From Chloroflexota bacterium (GTDB lineage Bacteria; Chloroflexota; Dehalococcoidia; Lucifugimonadales; Lucifugimonadaceae): 64,000 nt of DNA. This document shows positions 1 to 9,300 of this stretch, piece after piece. Made by a program: the position numbers and the translations under genes. The notes under the pieces were generated by a model. That model did no database searches and had not been told where the DNA came from. It saw only the letters and a list, made by a program, of their open reading frames with translations. Numbering within the stretch: the first letter of the stretch is position 1; the number at the start of each line of letters is the position of its first letter. The DNA lies in NCBI GenBank assembly GCA_002719295.1, contig PBHC01000016.1, positions 23,533 through 87,532 on the forward strand. The letters are read 5' to 3'.

Positions 1-1488
1 TACTGCCATTACTAAACTGTTTGATTCTAATGATTCATATCCTGTAAACTCTGTAGGTTTCAATTCTAATGATGAGTACAATTTTTGAGAAAGATTTTTA
101 GAGGATTTATCTTTTGAATTTTTTGATGAAGTTTTTTGTTCTTCCATTATTTTTAAAAATGAATTTTTATCTACATTTAAGCCGTTTTCCTGACATATTT
201 CTGTAGTTATTTCTATTGGGAATCCATATGTGTCATAAAGAATAAATGCTTCCATTCCTGATAATAGTTTTTTGCTGTTATCTAATTCTTGTTTTGAGTA
301 AATATCATTAGCTACTTCGATCGGTTCTTTGTAAGATTCATTACTTAATATTTCAATACCTCTCTTTTTAATTAAGTGTGTCAATACTTGAGTTCCAAAG
401 CTAAGAGTTTTATTGAAATTCTCTTCTTCTTTATCTAAAACTGATACTATAAAGTCTAATTTTTCAGAAAGTTCAGGATATACATGACTAAGTTTTTTAG
501 TAGTTATATTTGCTACAGGAGATAGGACAGGGAAACTAAGGTCTAATTTTTTTGCAGTGACCATAGCTCTTCTAATTAGCCTTCTGAGTACATAGCCTCT
601 TCCTGTGTTTTCAGGTAGAACTCCGTCAGCTATAAGAAAAGATGCAGATCTTCCATGCTCAGCAATAATCCTTTTATTTTTTTGTGTTTCCTTATCACTT
701 TTTGGCACTTTTTTATCTAGCATTACTAAGTGCTCTTTAAATATGTCTGTATCATATGCAGATTCTTTATTATTTAAAACAGAAACAGTTCTTTCTAAGC
801 CCATGCCTGTGTCAATGTTGTTGAAAGGAAGCGGTTTATCGTTACCATCTAAGTCTCTATAAAATTGTGTAAAAACCAAGTTATATAGTTCTATAAAATC
901 TTCATGGATATTAGGTCCCCAGCTTGGATTATCAAAATCCATTTTATTTATATCTCCTTGGTAATAATGAAGTTCAGAACATGGGCCACATGGACCTTCT
1001 TCTCCCGCTGGCCCCCACCAGTTATCTTCATCACCAAATTTATAAATAAACTTTTTTTCAATTCCTAGATCCATCCAGATTTCTTTGGTTTCATCATCGT
1101 CTTTATATACTGTAAAAAAGAGTCTCTTTTTATCAAATCCAAGAACTTCTGTCATGAATTCCAAAGCCCATTCACAAGCTTCTTTTTTGAAATAATCACC
1201 AAAACTAAAATTTCCGAGCATTTCAAACAAAGTTAAATGAGTATCATCTCCCACTTCTTCAATATCAGTAGTTCTGAAGCACTTTTGTGATGTTGTTATA
1301 CGCTTATTGGGAGGCTCTTTTTCACCAGAAAAATATGCTTTGAATTGGGCCATGCCAGAGTTAGTTAATAAAAGAGTAGGATCACCACTTGGAATTAATG
1401 ATGAAGAAGGTAAAACAAGATGGTTTTTTGATTCAAAAAAACTCAAAAATCTATCTCTTAGTTCATCTGCTGTTTTAGGTTTTTTCAT
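1..1488 (-). CDS. alaS: Alanine--tRNA ligase, 5' part (runs off the window start)
   Basis: Not in the ORF track. Read manually from ATG at 1488: MKKPKTADELRDRFLSFFESKNHLVLPSSSLIPSGDPTLLLTNSGMAQFK...SQKCFRTTDIEEVGDDTHLTLFEMLGNFSFGDYFKKEA...GPCGPCSE...IDTGMGLER, all canonical AlaRS motifs. Confidence 0.97.
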   Translation of the reverse strand, partial: MKKPKTADELRDRFLSFFESKNHLVLPSSSLIPSGDPTLLLTNSGMAQFKAYFSGEKEPPNKRITTSQKCFRTTDIEEVGDDTHLTLFEMLGNFSFGDYFKKEACEWALEFMTEVLGFDKKRLFFTVYKDDDETKEIWMDLGIEKKFIYKFGDEDNWWGPAGEEGPCGPCSELHYYQGDINKMDFDNPSWGPNIHEDFIELYNLVFTQFYRDLDGNDKPLPFNNIDTGMGLERTVSVLNNKESAYDTDIFKEHLVMLDKKVPKSDKETQKNKRIIAEHGRSASFLIADGVLPENTGRGYVLRRLIRRAMVTAKKLDLSFPVLSPVANITTKKLSHVYPELSEKLDFIVSVLDKEEENFNKTLSFGTQVLTHLIKKRGIEILSNESYKEPIEVANDIYSKQELDNSKKLLSGMEAFILYDTYGFPIEITTEICQENGLNVDKNSFLKIMEEQKTSSKNSKDKSSKNLSQKLYSSLELKPTEFTGYESLESNSLVMAV

Positions 1489-1514
1489 AAATTTTAGTAT
1501 TAATTATCTATATA

Positions 1515-2588
1515 TTACGATAAAGACTCTTCGTTTGTCTTGGCTTTTATCACTTCAAATATTTTCTTCCTCCATCCATTTATTTTGATTTTATTTGATC
1601 CGAAATATTTTTCTAAATCTTTTTTAGTAGCCACGAGTTGTTGCGAAATATTAAGTTCAATTGATAAATCTTGTAATATTTTTTGATATTTTTTTACATT
1701 TGTTCTTTTTGATTTAACTTTTTCAAATACATTTTTTGAGAAATCAAATTTATCAAAAATATCCAAGTAATCATTAGAATTAAAAAATCTATTTGAAGAT
1801 AAGTTTTCTTTTTTTAATTCGTTTATATTTGTATATTTTTTTGACGACAACCTAATGATATTTTTATCACTTAGATACCAAGTCTTAGGTATATTTCTTT
1901 TTCTACATATTTCTTCTCTATATTTAGATAATAGAATGAAAAGTTTTTGATTTATTCCTGAGAAGTCACTTAACTTTATTTTTTCCCATGCATTTTTTGG
2001 CTCTTTTTTGAACTTGTTATCTTTTACTATTTTTTCTAATTCTTCCTTGTACCAATTTTCTTTTTTATCAAGAATCAGCAATTGGGATATTTTGTAGTAT
2101 ATTTTTTCTAAATATAAAACATCGTTAGCAGCATAATTAATTTGAAGTTTACTAAGTGGCCTTCTTATCCAATTTGAAGTTTGTAATTCTTTATCTAAAT
2201 CAATATTTAAATATTTCTTAACTAGGTTTTTATAACTTATATGATGTTCTAGATCAATAAATGCATTTGCTAATTGAGTATCGAAGAAATTTTTTAGTTC
2301 TAAAGAAAAAAAATCATTAATGATTTCTATATCTTGTTCTGCATCATGAAATATTTTTATATATTTATTATTTTTGAAAATATTACTTAATTCTTTCAAG
2401 TTCTTATTGTTTCCAAGACAATCAAATATGAATACTTTATTATTTACAGCTAATTGAATTAAACTAAGGACAGGATAGTAGGTTTTTTCTCTAATAAATT
2501 CTGTATCAACAGATATAACTTTACTTTTATTTATCTCTTCTAAAAATAATTTATTATCAGATTCATCTGTAATTAAGTTAATGTTCAT
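1515..2588 (-). CDS. rnd: Ribonuclease D (DEDDy 3'-5' exonuclease plus HRDC-like C-terminus)
   Basis: DTEFIREKTYYP-LIQL, FHDAEQD, DTQLA, SNWIRRPLS-Q-YAANDV motifs. Confidence 0.9.
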   Translation of the reverse strand: MNINLITDESDNKLFLEEINKSKVISVDTEFIREKTYYPVLSLIQLAVNNKVFIFDCLGNNKNLKELSNIFKNNKYIKIFHDAEQDIEIINDFFSLELKNFFDTQLANAFIDLEHHISYKNLVKKYLNIDLDKELQTSNWIRRPLSKLQINYAANDVLYLEKIYYKISQLLILDKKENWYKEELEKIVKDNKFKKEPKNAWEKIKLSDFSGINQKLFILLSKYREEICRKRNIPKTWYLSDKNIIRLSSKKYTNINELKKENLSSNRFFNSNDYLDIFDKFDFSKNVFEKVKSKRTNVKKYQKILQDLSIELNISQQLVATKKDLEKYFGSNKIKINGWRKKIFEVIKAKTNEESLS

Positions 2589-3376
2589 AATTTTTCAATA
2601 ATAGTGGTAAGGTCCTTTAGTGAATTAATAATATGATCTGGTTTAATTGATTGTTCTTGTAAATTATTTTTTCTATTAATAAGAACGTTTTTAATATTCA
2701 GTTTTTGTGCACCCAAGATATCTCCATCTAATGTGTCTCCAACCATAATTATTTCATTTAAGTCTAAGGATAGTTTTTCACAAATGTATTTATATGGCTT
2801 GCTGAAAGGCTTTCCTTGTAAGCACTCTGAAGAAGTTACAATTTCTGAGTTTGGGGTTGAAAAAAAATCCATTAAACCGGAAATACTTATTTTTTTCCTT
2901 TGGTGCAATTGCATTCCATTTGTCAGGATTCCTAGTTTATATCTTTTTAATTTCGTAAGTGTAGGGATTACGTCATCAAATGATTTTATTCCCTCCCACA
3001 TGAAAAATTTATATTTATCAATAATACTTTTGATATTTATTTTCTTACTTAAAATACCTAAATTTTTTATAACATTTATCCACATTTCATTTTGAGCTTC
3101 TAAATGAATATTTTTAAGATGTTGAGCTATTTCACCAAATCCTCCACAATCAGCCCATAATATATCTCTTCCACCAAATTTAGCATCTAAGTAATCAGCG
3201 AAATATTTTTTTGAACCAACAGAATCTATTGTCTCTATCATTATTTTCAAGACTTCAGTATTTTTCATATTAAAATCGGGAAAAAATGTTTTTATTGTTC
3301 TTAAATAATTAAAATCATATAGATCATCATGAACGGTTAATGTATCGTCTAAATCAAAAATTATACCTTTGATCAT
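2585..3376 (-). CDS. HAD-superfamily hydrolase (subfamily IA)
   Basis: FDLDDTL motif I, LTNG, KP, VGDTLDGDILGA motif IV. Confidence 0.9.
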   Translation of the reverse strand: MIKGIIFDLDDTLTVHDDLYDFNYLRTIKTFFPDFNMKNTEVLKIMIETIDSVGSKKYFADYLDAKFGGRDILWADCGGFGEIAQHLKNIHLEAQNEMWINVIKNLGILSKKINIKSIIDKYKFFMWEGIKSFDDVIPTLTKLKRYKLGILTNGMQLHQRKKISISGLMDFFSTPNSEIVTSSECLQGKPFSKPYKYICEKLSLDLNEIIMVGDTLDGDILGAQKLNIKNVLINRKNNLQEQSIKPDHIINSLKDLTTIIEKL

Positions 3377-4434
3377 AAATTTGAAATTATTGATCTTGTT
3401 ACTTCTGATGTACTAGAGTTCCCTCCTAAGTCAGGAGATATTGATTCGCCTAATTCTAAAACATTTTTTACAGAATTTTCTATAATTTCTGCACTTTCAT
3501 TTTCTCCAAGATGTTTCATCATTATTCCAGCTGTTAGTATTTGAGCCATAGGGTTTGCTATACCTTTACCTGCAATATCTGGTGCTGAACCATGAGTTGG
3601 TTCAAACATTGATGGACTCGTTTTTGTTGGATCAATATTTCCACTAGAAGCTAATCCCATAGATCCTGTAATAATTGCTCCTATATCTGTTAGAATATCT
3701 CCAAAAAGATTACTTGCTACTACTACGTCAAAGTTTTGTGGCTTTCTTATGAAGTCCATACATGCAGCATCAATTAATAATGAATCTGTTGTAACCTGAG
3801 GGTAATCTTTTTTTACTTCCTCAAATGTTCTATCCCATAGAACCATTGAATATCCTTGAGCGTTGGATTTAGTTATTGAAGTTAGATGCTTCTTTTTGTT
3901 TCTTTCTATTGCTAACTCAAATGCAAATCTTATAACTCTTTCACAACCTTTTCTTGTAAACACTGCACTTTGAACAGCAACTTCATCAGGGAATCCTTGA
4001 TATTGAAATCCTCCAACATTAGCATATTCTCCTTCAGTGTTTTCTCTTACCACGACAAGATCTATATCATATGGCTTTAAGTCTTTTAGAGGAGTATTAA
4101 CTCCTGGATATAATACAGATGGTCTTACACATGCAAATTGATCGAATGCTCTTCGGATTGGAAGAAGTAATCCATTTAGAGTTATATGATCTTGAATATC
4201 CGGGTGTCCTACGGCTCCTAAGAAAATGGCATCAAAAGATTCTAATTGTTCAATCCCATCTTTAGGCATCATAATCCCATTTTTAAAATAATATTCTGAG
4301 CTCCAGTCAAATTCATGAAAATCAAGCTTGTAATCTTTGTTTTTTTCTAAAGCCTTTAGAACTTCAATAGAACTATTAACTACTTCTACACCAATTCCAT
4401 CTCCTGGAATTACGGCTATTTTATAAGTTTTCAT
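3373..4434 (-). CDS. Tartrate dehydrogenase / D-malate dehydrogenase (decarboxylating), isocitrate/isopropylmalate dehydrogenase family
   Basis: IAVIPGDGIG, LLLPIRRAFDQFACVRP, VRENTEGEY, TKSNA, NLFGDILTD, EPTHGSAPDIAGKG. Start set at ATG 4434 behind an AGGAGA RBS. Confidence 0.85.
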   Translation of the reverse strand: MKTYKIAVIPGDGIGVEVVNSSIEVLKALEKNKDYKLDFHEFDWSSEYYFKNGIMMPKDGIEQLESFDAIFLGAVGHPDIQDHITLNGLLLPIRRAFDQFACVRPSVLYPGVNTPLKDLKPYDIDLVVVRENTEGEYANVGGFQYQGFPDEVAVQSAVFTRKGCERVIRFAFELAIERNKKKHLTSITKSNAQGYSMVLWDRTFEEVKKDYPQVTTDSLLIDAACMDFIRKPQNFDVVVASNLFGDILTDIGAIITGSMGLASSGNIDPTKTSPSMFEPTHGSAPDIAGKGIANPMAQILTAGIMMKHLGENESAEIIENSVKNVLELGESISPDLGGNSSTSEVTRSIISNL

Positions 4435-4444
4435 ATATTTTCTC

Positions 4445-5317
4445 CTAATTTTGCTTCTCAATTATTTGAATTATTCCAGCCATATCATCCATTTCTTTTC
4501 CATCTTTTTTTAGTTCATCATATAATTTTTTTGAAGTTTTTGTTAATGGTAAATTTACTGATAAATCTTTTCCTAATTGATCTATTATAGAAATATCTTT
4601 ATGTAAGTTTCTTGCTGGTACAGGAGAACCTTTAAATTTCCTGTCCCTTATTATAGGAGCACATCTTTCTAACATTCTTGAATAACCAAAGCTAACCTGT
4701 AATATTTCCATTGCAGAGTCTATGTCAACATTTGTGGCATTTGTTAATGCAAGGGCTTCTGCTGCTGCAGTTGTGTGTACAGCAGTTAGTAGTTGATTAA
4801 TTAATTTCATAGATGTTCCTGATCCGCTATCACCCATATGTTTAATTGTCGTCCCCATCATTTTGAAATAATTTAAGGCAGCATTATATGCTTCTTTATT
4901 TCCTCCAACCATAATAGATAATGTTCCATCATTTGCACCAACTGGTCCTCCTGATATAGGAGCGTCAAGAAAATCAGAACCTTTTTCTTTTGAATATTCA
5001 AAACATTTTTTAGATGTTGAGAGGTCTACGGTAGAGTGGTCTATAATGATTTTTTTATCATTAGTATTAGACAAGATTCCTTCTTTTCCTGTTATTATTT
5101 CAATTGATGTTTCAGTATCAGGTAGGCATGTCAAAATTATGTCGCATTTCTCTGCAAGTTCTTGAATAGAAGAAGCTCCTTTTGCCCCAACTTTCTCCAT
5201 AGCAATTATTTTTTCTCTACTTCTTGTGTAAACAGTAAGATCAGCTCCTTTTTCAAGTAGATTATTTGCCATACCTTGACCCATGTTTCCTAATCCTATA
5301 AATCCTATCTTATTCAT
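4445..5317 (-). CDS. NAD(P)-dependent beta-hydroxyacid dehydrogenase (tartronate semialdehyde reductase / 3-hydroxyisobutyrate dehydrogenase family)
   Basis: IGFIGLGNMG, DAPISGG, catalytic K in MKLINQ, LHKD. Start at ATG 5317 with GAGGT RBS. Confidence 0.88.
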   Translation of the reverse strand: MNKIGFIGLGNMGQGMANNLLEKGADLTVYTRSREKIIAMEKVGAKGASSIQELAEKCDIILTCLPDTETSIEIITGKEGILSNTNDKKIIIDHSTVDLSTSKKCFEYSKEKGSDFLDAPISGGPVGANDGTLSIMVGGNKEAYNAALNYFKMMGTTIKHMGDSGSGTSMKLINQLLTAVHTTAAAEALALTNATNVDIDSAMEILQVSFGYSRMLERCAPIIRDRKFKGSPVPARNLHKDISIIDQLGKDLSVNLPLTKTSKKLYDELKKDGKEMDDMAGIIQIIEKQN

Positions 5318-5325
5318 ATCTAACC

Positions 5326-6267
5326 TCAATCTAAATTTGTGTTTATATTTTTAATTAATTTTTTTATACTTTCCTTAATTATCTCGTGTGAATTTGCAGC
5401 GTTATGTGGGGTAAGTATAACATTGTGTAAGCTTTTCAATTGATTATTTTTTGATAGTGGCTCATTTTCAAATACATCTAATGCAGCTCCTGCAATTTTT
5501 CCACTAACTAATGAATCATATAAGGCCTTTTCATTTATCAACTTTCCTCTAGCTGTATTAATTATGAAAGCATTTGACTTCATCCTTGAAAATTCATTTG
5601 AACTTATTAAATATTCAGTTTCTTCTACAATTCTAGTATGAAGAGTTATTACGTCAGAGTTTTCTAAAAGATAATCTAATTCAGAAACTTTTCCAAATTC
5701 TTGAAAACTTAATGTCCTTACGTTATCCATTCGGATTACAGGAGTAACAATGATATTCATGCCTAAATTGGAGCCAATTTTGGCAACTTTTTCTCCAATT
5801 GCTCCTGCACCAACTATACCTAAAGTTTTCCCTTCAAAAAGATCAACTTCAATTGATGGCCATTCGTTATTTCTTACTCTTCTATCTAACTCAGGAATTT
5901 TCTTTAATAATGAAATCATTAAACCGATTGAGTGTTCAGCAACAGAATTTGTTAATATATCAGGAATGTTTGAAACAATAATATTGTTTCTTTTTGCAGA
6001 ATCTACATCTATATGATCTAAAGCTATTCCAAAAACAGCTATATGTTTTAAGCTTGGTAAGCTCTCAATTATATTATTATTTATTTTTGTAGTTGCTTTA
6101 GTTATGACAGCTGTGTGAGCATCATTTAATCTTGATAGAATTTCTCTAGAATCAGATGGTAATGATCTGAAAACTTCTATTTCATTTTCATTTTTCAAAT
6201 CATTAAATAATGAAGGATCATATGAAACTACCTGAGGTTCGTCATCAACTATTACTATTTTGGACAT
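5326..6267 (-). CDS. D-isomer-specific 2-hydroxyacid dehydrogenase (PGDH-like, no ACT domain)
   Basis: VAEH, GIVGAGAIG, INTARG, DVFENEP, TPHNA. Confidence 0.9.
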   Translation of the reverse strand: MSKIVIVDDEPQVVSYDPSLFNDLKNENEIEVFRSLPSDSREILSRLNDAHTAVITKATTKINNNIIESLPSLKHIAVFGIALDHIDVDSAKRNNIIVSNIPDILTNSVAEHSIGLMISLLKKIPELDRRVRNNEWPSIEVDLFEGKTLGIVGAGAIGEKVAKIGSNLGMNIIVTPVIRMDNVRTLSFQEFGKVSELDYLLENSDVITLHTRIVEETEYLISSNEFSRMKSNAFIINTARGKLINEKALYDSLVSGKIAGAALDVFENEPLSKNNQLKSLHNVILTPHNAANSHEIIKESIKKLIKNINTNLD

Positions 6268-6331
6268 TATAAAAAAACTCCAGTGAAAATTCTATTATAA
6301 TGTTCTTATCATCTATAAAAAACATTATTTC

Positions 6332-6664
6332 ATGTCAGCATATAAAATTTTATACTGGAAAGAAATTCCTACACAACTAAAATTTAAAGATAATGAAGGA
6401 AATGAAGGCTCATATCCACTTAGTCTGTTTTTTCAAACAGCAATAGATGCTATTGCTATGCATGATGGATCAATTGAAAGTGGAGCATATCTAGATGCTT
6501 GGGATTGGGGCCCAGAGTTAGAAACAAACCAGGACCCTGAGGAAATTATTAAAGAATTTGATGATAATATTCCTAAATCATTTATTAATAAAATCAAATC
6601 TTTACACGACGAAGGAAAAAGATCAGGATTACCTGGTTCGATAGACTCATGGTTCAAAACTTAA
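6332..6664 (+). CDS. Small protein resembling the Pfam Virulence_fact family (stand-alone form); function unknown
   Basis: ILYWKEIP-Q...F-AID-AM-G...AYL-W-W pattern recalled for this family; first gene of the corrinoid operon. Confidence 0.6.
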   Translation: MSAYKILYWKEIPTQLKFKDNEGNEGSYPLSLFFQTAIDAIAMHDGSIESGAYLDAWDWGPELETNQDPEEIIKEFDDNIPKSFINKIKSLHDEGKRSGLPGSIDSWFKT

Positions 6665-7572
6665 AAAGTAGCTCAAAAAAAATTCTTGATGACATAAAAA
6701 AAGGTAAAATATTTTTACTTGATGGCGCCACCGGTACTTTTTTACAGAATAATGGTCTTGAACCAGGAGGATGCCCTGAACTTATGAATATTGAATCCCC
6801 AGAAGTTATTTCTAAAATGGCTCATAACTACTTTTCAAACGGAAGTGATATTGTTCTTACTAATACATTCGGAGGTAATTACTATAGGCTAAAACATTAT
6901 GGATTGGAACAAAAAGTATTTGAAATAAATAAATTAGCCACTGAGATTGCCAAAAGTGCAGCATCAGAATATCAAGAAAAATATGTATTTGGATCTATTG
7001 GTCCTACTGGAGAATTTTTAGAACCATTAGGGAATGTTTCTGAAAAAGAAATGTATGATTGCCTTTTTAATCAAATGAAAGGATTGTATGAAGGTGGGGT
7101 TGATGGATTTGTAATAGAAACTCAAATAGCAACAGAAGAAACATTGCTTGCATTAAAAGTTGCAAAGGAAAACTTTAATATTTTAAATATAGTCTCATTT
7201 GTATATGATAAAGGGCCAAAAGGTTATTTTACTATGTTTGGACTTACTCCATCTCAAAGTGTTGAAATGTTTTTTAATTCAGGAGCAGATATTGTAGGGA
7301 CAAACTGTGGTAACGGTTCAGAAAAAATGGTTGAAATTTCTACAGAAATTCGAGCTGAAACAGATAATCCTATTTTAGTACAAGCTAATGCAGGTATTCC
7401 AATAATTAAGAAAAACGATATAATTTACCCAGAATCTCCTGAAGATATGGTGAAAGAATATAAAAAATTAATAGATTTGAACATAAATATATTAGGTGGA
7501 TGTTGTGGTACAAACGAGAAGCATATTAATGAGTTTTCAAAAATAATAAGGAGTCACAATGAAAGTATCTGA
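6649..7572 (+). CDS. Stand-alone homocysteine S-methyltransferase domain (MetH N-terminal/BHMT-like)
   Basis: LLDGATGT, TNTFGGN, GSIGPTG, Zn ligands GTNC and GGCCGT, NAGIP. Confidence 0.92.
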   Translation: MVQNLKSSSKKILDDIKKGKIFLLDGATGTFLQNNGLEPGGCPELMNIESPEVISKMAHNYFSNGSDIVLTNTFGGNYYRLKHYGLEQKVFEINKLATEIAKSAASEYQEKYVFGSIGPTGEFLEPLGNVSEKEMYDCLFNQMKGLYEGGVDGFVIETQIATEETLLALKVAKENFNILNIVSFVYDKGPKGYFTMFGLTPSQSVEMFFNSGADIVGTNCGNGSEKMVEISTEIRAETDNPILVQANAGIPIIKKNDIIYPESPEDMVKEYKKLIDLNINILGGCCGTNEKHINEFSKIIRSHNESI

Positions 7573-8203
7573 AGTTAAAATTAAATTCGGAAAATGCCTT
7601 GAACTTGTTTCAATGGATCCAAATTTTCATAATATAAGTGTAGGTTTATTTATAAAAAATGATATCTTAACTGTTTGGTCTTACAGTAAAAAAGAAGGAA
7701 TTGAAAAAAGGCTAAACATTATAAGAGATAAAATGGTTGAATTTGGTGGGTTAAATAATTTAGAAGAAGACTATAAGATGTCAATTCCAAAAGGAGCTCT
7801 TATTGAAAGGCCACTGAAATTTTTGTTTAGTCAATGTGTGGAAATGTCTCCTGATAAAGAACCTGAAAAAGGCATAATTACAGCAAAAGATAATAAAACA
7901 AAATTGACTTTTTTAATCAAAGGATCTCAGGAATCAGACAAGTATCTCTATACTGTGACTTCTGAAGGAGATCATGAAAAACCAGGACTCAGAATTAGGG
8001 CAGTTGTTGGAGGTTTTATGAAATATGGTGAATGTATAAGAAATGATGTTGATTCATTTTACTTCCCTGATAAAAAAGATCATGAAGAATACGTTAGAGT
8101 TTTGCTTCCCTTCGCAAGAAATGTAAGCGCAGTTGAACAAATGTTAGAAGCATCTGATCAAGCTGGACAAATGACAACACAAAGTTTAGGGTTTTCGCAA
8201 TAA
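7559..8203 (+). CDS. Hypothetical protein within the corrinoid methyltransferase operon
   Basis: 214-aa ORF overlapping the upstream stop, AGGAG RBS, no motif recognised. Confidence 0.8.
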   Translation: MKVSEVKIKFGKCLELVSMDPNFHNISVGLFIKNDILTVWSYSKKEGIEKRLNIIRDKMVEFGGLNNLEEDYKMSIPKGALIERPLKFLFSQCVEMSPDKEPEKGIITAKDNKTKLTFLIKGSQESDKYLYTVTSEGDHEKPGLRIRAVVGGFMKYGECIRNDVDSFYFPDKKDHEEYVRVLLPFARNVSAVEQMLEASDQAGQMTTQSLGFSQ

Positions 8204-8218
8204 TAGGGAGAAAATATT

Positions 8219-9247
8219 ATGAAACAAATGACAAAAAAGGAAAGAGTTCTAGCAGCTCTAAATAGATCAGAAGTAGATAGGCCTCCAGTAGCTAACCCTA
8301 CATCTGTTGCTACTGTAGAAATGATGGATTTAGTTGATGCTCCTTTCCCTGATGCTTGTAGGTCGGCAGAATTAAACGCCAGACTTGCAGCTACAGAAAT
8401 TACAGAATTTGATTTTGATGCTATCGCGCCATACTTTTCAATAATTCAAGAATCTAGTGCTATTGGATGTGAAATGCAATGGGAGCAGAAAGATAATTGG
8501 CCTACTGTTAGAATGACTAATCCAATATGGAAAACATCAAGTGATATTAAAGTTCCATCAGATTTTTTAGATCATCCAGATGTTAAGGTGATACTAGATT
8601 CAATAAGAATTTTAAAAAAAGAATTTGGAAACGATGTTCCTATAATTGGAAAAACTATGGGACCTTGGACTCTTGCGTATCATGTTTTTGGTGTTGAAAC
8701 ATTCCTTTTGGGATCAGTAGATAGTCCAGATGAAACTATAAAGTCTTTAGAAAAACTTCAAGAGTTTACATATTTATTTGGAGAGGCACAAGTTGATGCA
8801 GGAGCAGATGTATTAACTATTCCAGATCATGCAACAGGAGATTTAGTTTCTGGTCAATATTATCAAAAATTCCTTCAAGAAATTCATTCAGAAATGGCTC
8901 AAAAATTCACAGTCCCTTTAATCCTTCATATTTGTGGGAGAACAGTAGACAGAATGCCATATATTGCAGACACAGGTATGCATGCATTTCATTTTGATTC
9001 AAAAAATTCTCCTCAAGAAGCCATGGATGCTGTAGATAATAAAATTGCCTTAGTTGGAAATATTAATAATCCAGAAACGCTATATTCTAAAGACGCTGAT
9101 GATGTAAAAAAAGAGGTATTTGAATGCCTAAATGCTGGAGTTCAGCTAATAGCACCTGAATGTGCGATCCCATTAAAAACTAAAGCTGAGAATTTGGTAG
9201 CAATAAACGAAGGTATTTCGGATTGGCTAGCAGAAACTAATTCATAG
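8219..9247 (+). CDS. MtaA/CmuA-family (URO-D fold) methylcobamide:thiol methyltransferase
   Basis: MTKKERVLAAL...DRPP start, GPWTLA, Zn motif LHICG, GNINNP, third Zn ligand in APECAIP. Confidence 0.88.
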   Translation: MKQMTKKERVLAALNRSEVDRPPVANPTSVATVEMMDLVDAPFPDACRSAELNARLAATEITEFDFDAIAPYFSIIQESSAIGCEMQWEQKDNWPTVRMTNPIWKTSSDIKVPSDFLDHPDVKVILDSIRILKKEFGNDVPIIGKTMGPWTLAYHVFGVETFLLGSVDSPDETIKSLEKLQEFTYLFGEAQVDAGADVLTIPDHATGDLVSGQYYQKFLQEIHSEMAQKFTVPLILHICGRTVDRMPYIADTGMHAFHFDSKNSPQEAMDAVDNKIALVGNINNPETLYSKDADDVKKEVFECLNAGVQLIAPECAIPLKTKAENLVAINEGISDWLAETNS

Positions 9248-9300
9248 ATTTGATAAAATAAAAATATACTTTACATATTCGAAAAATAATAGGAAAATTT

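Noticed and set aside
605..1588. Plus-strand ORFs 605-862 and 1307-1588
   Set aside because: Antisense shadows of alaS and rnd
6268..6331. Cobalamin or SAM riboswitch upstream of the corrinoid operon
   Set aside because: The gap is only 64 bp, AT-rich, with a TATAAT box but no riboswitch consensus
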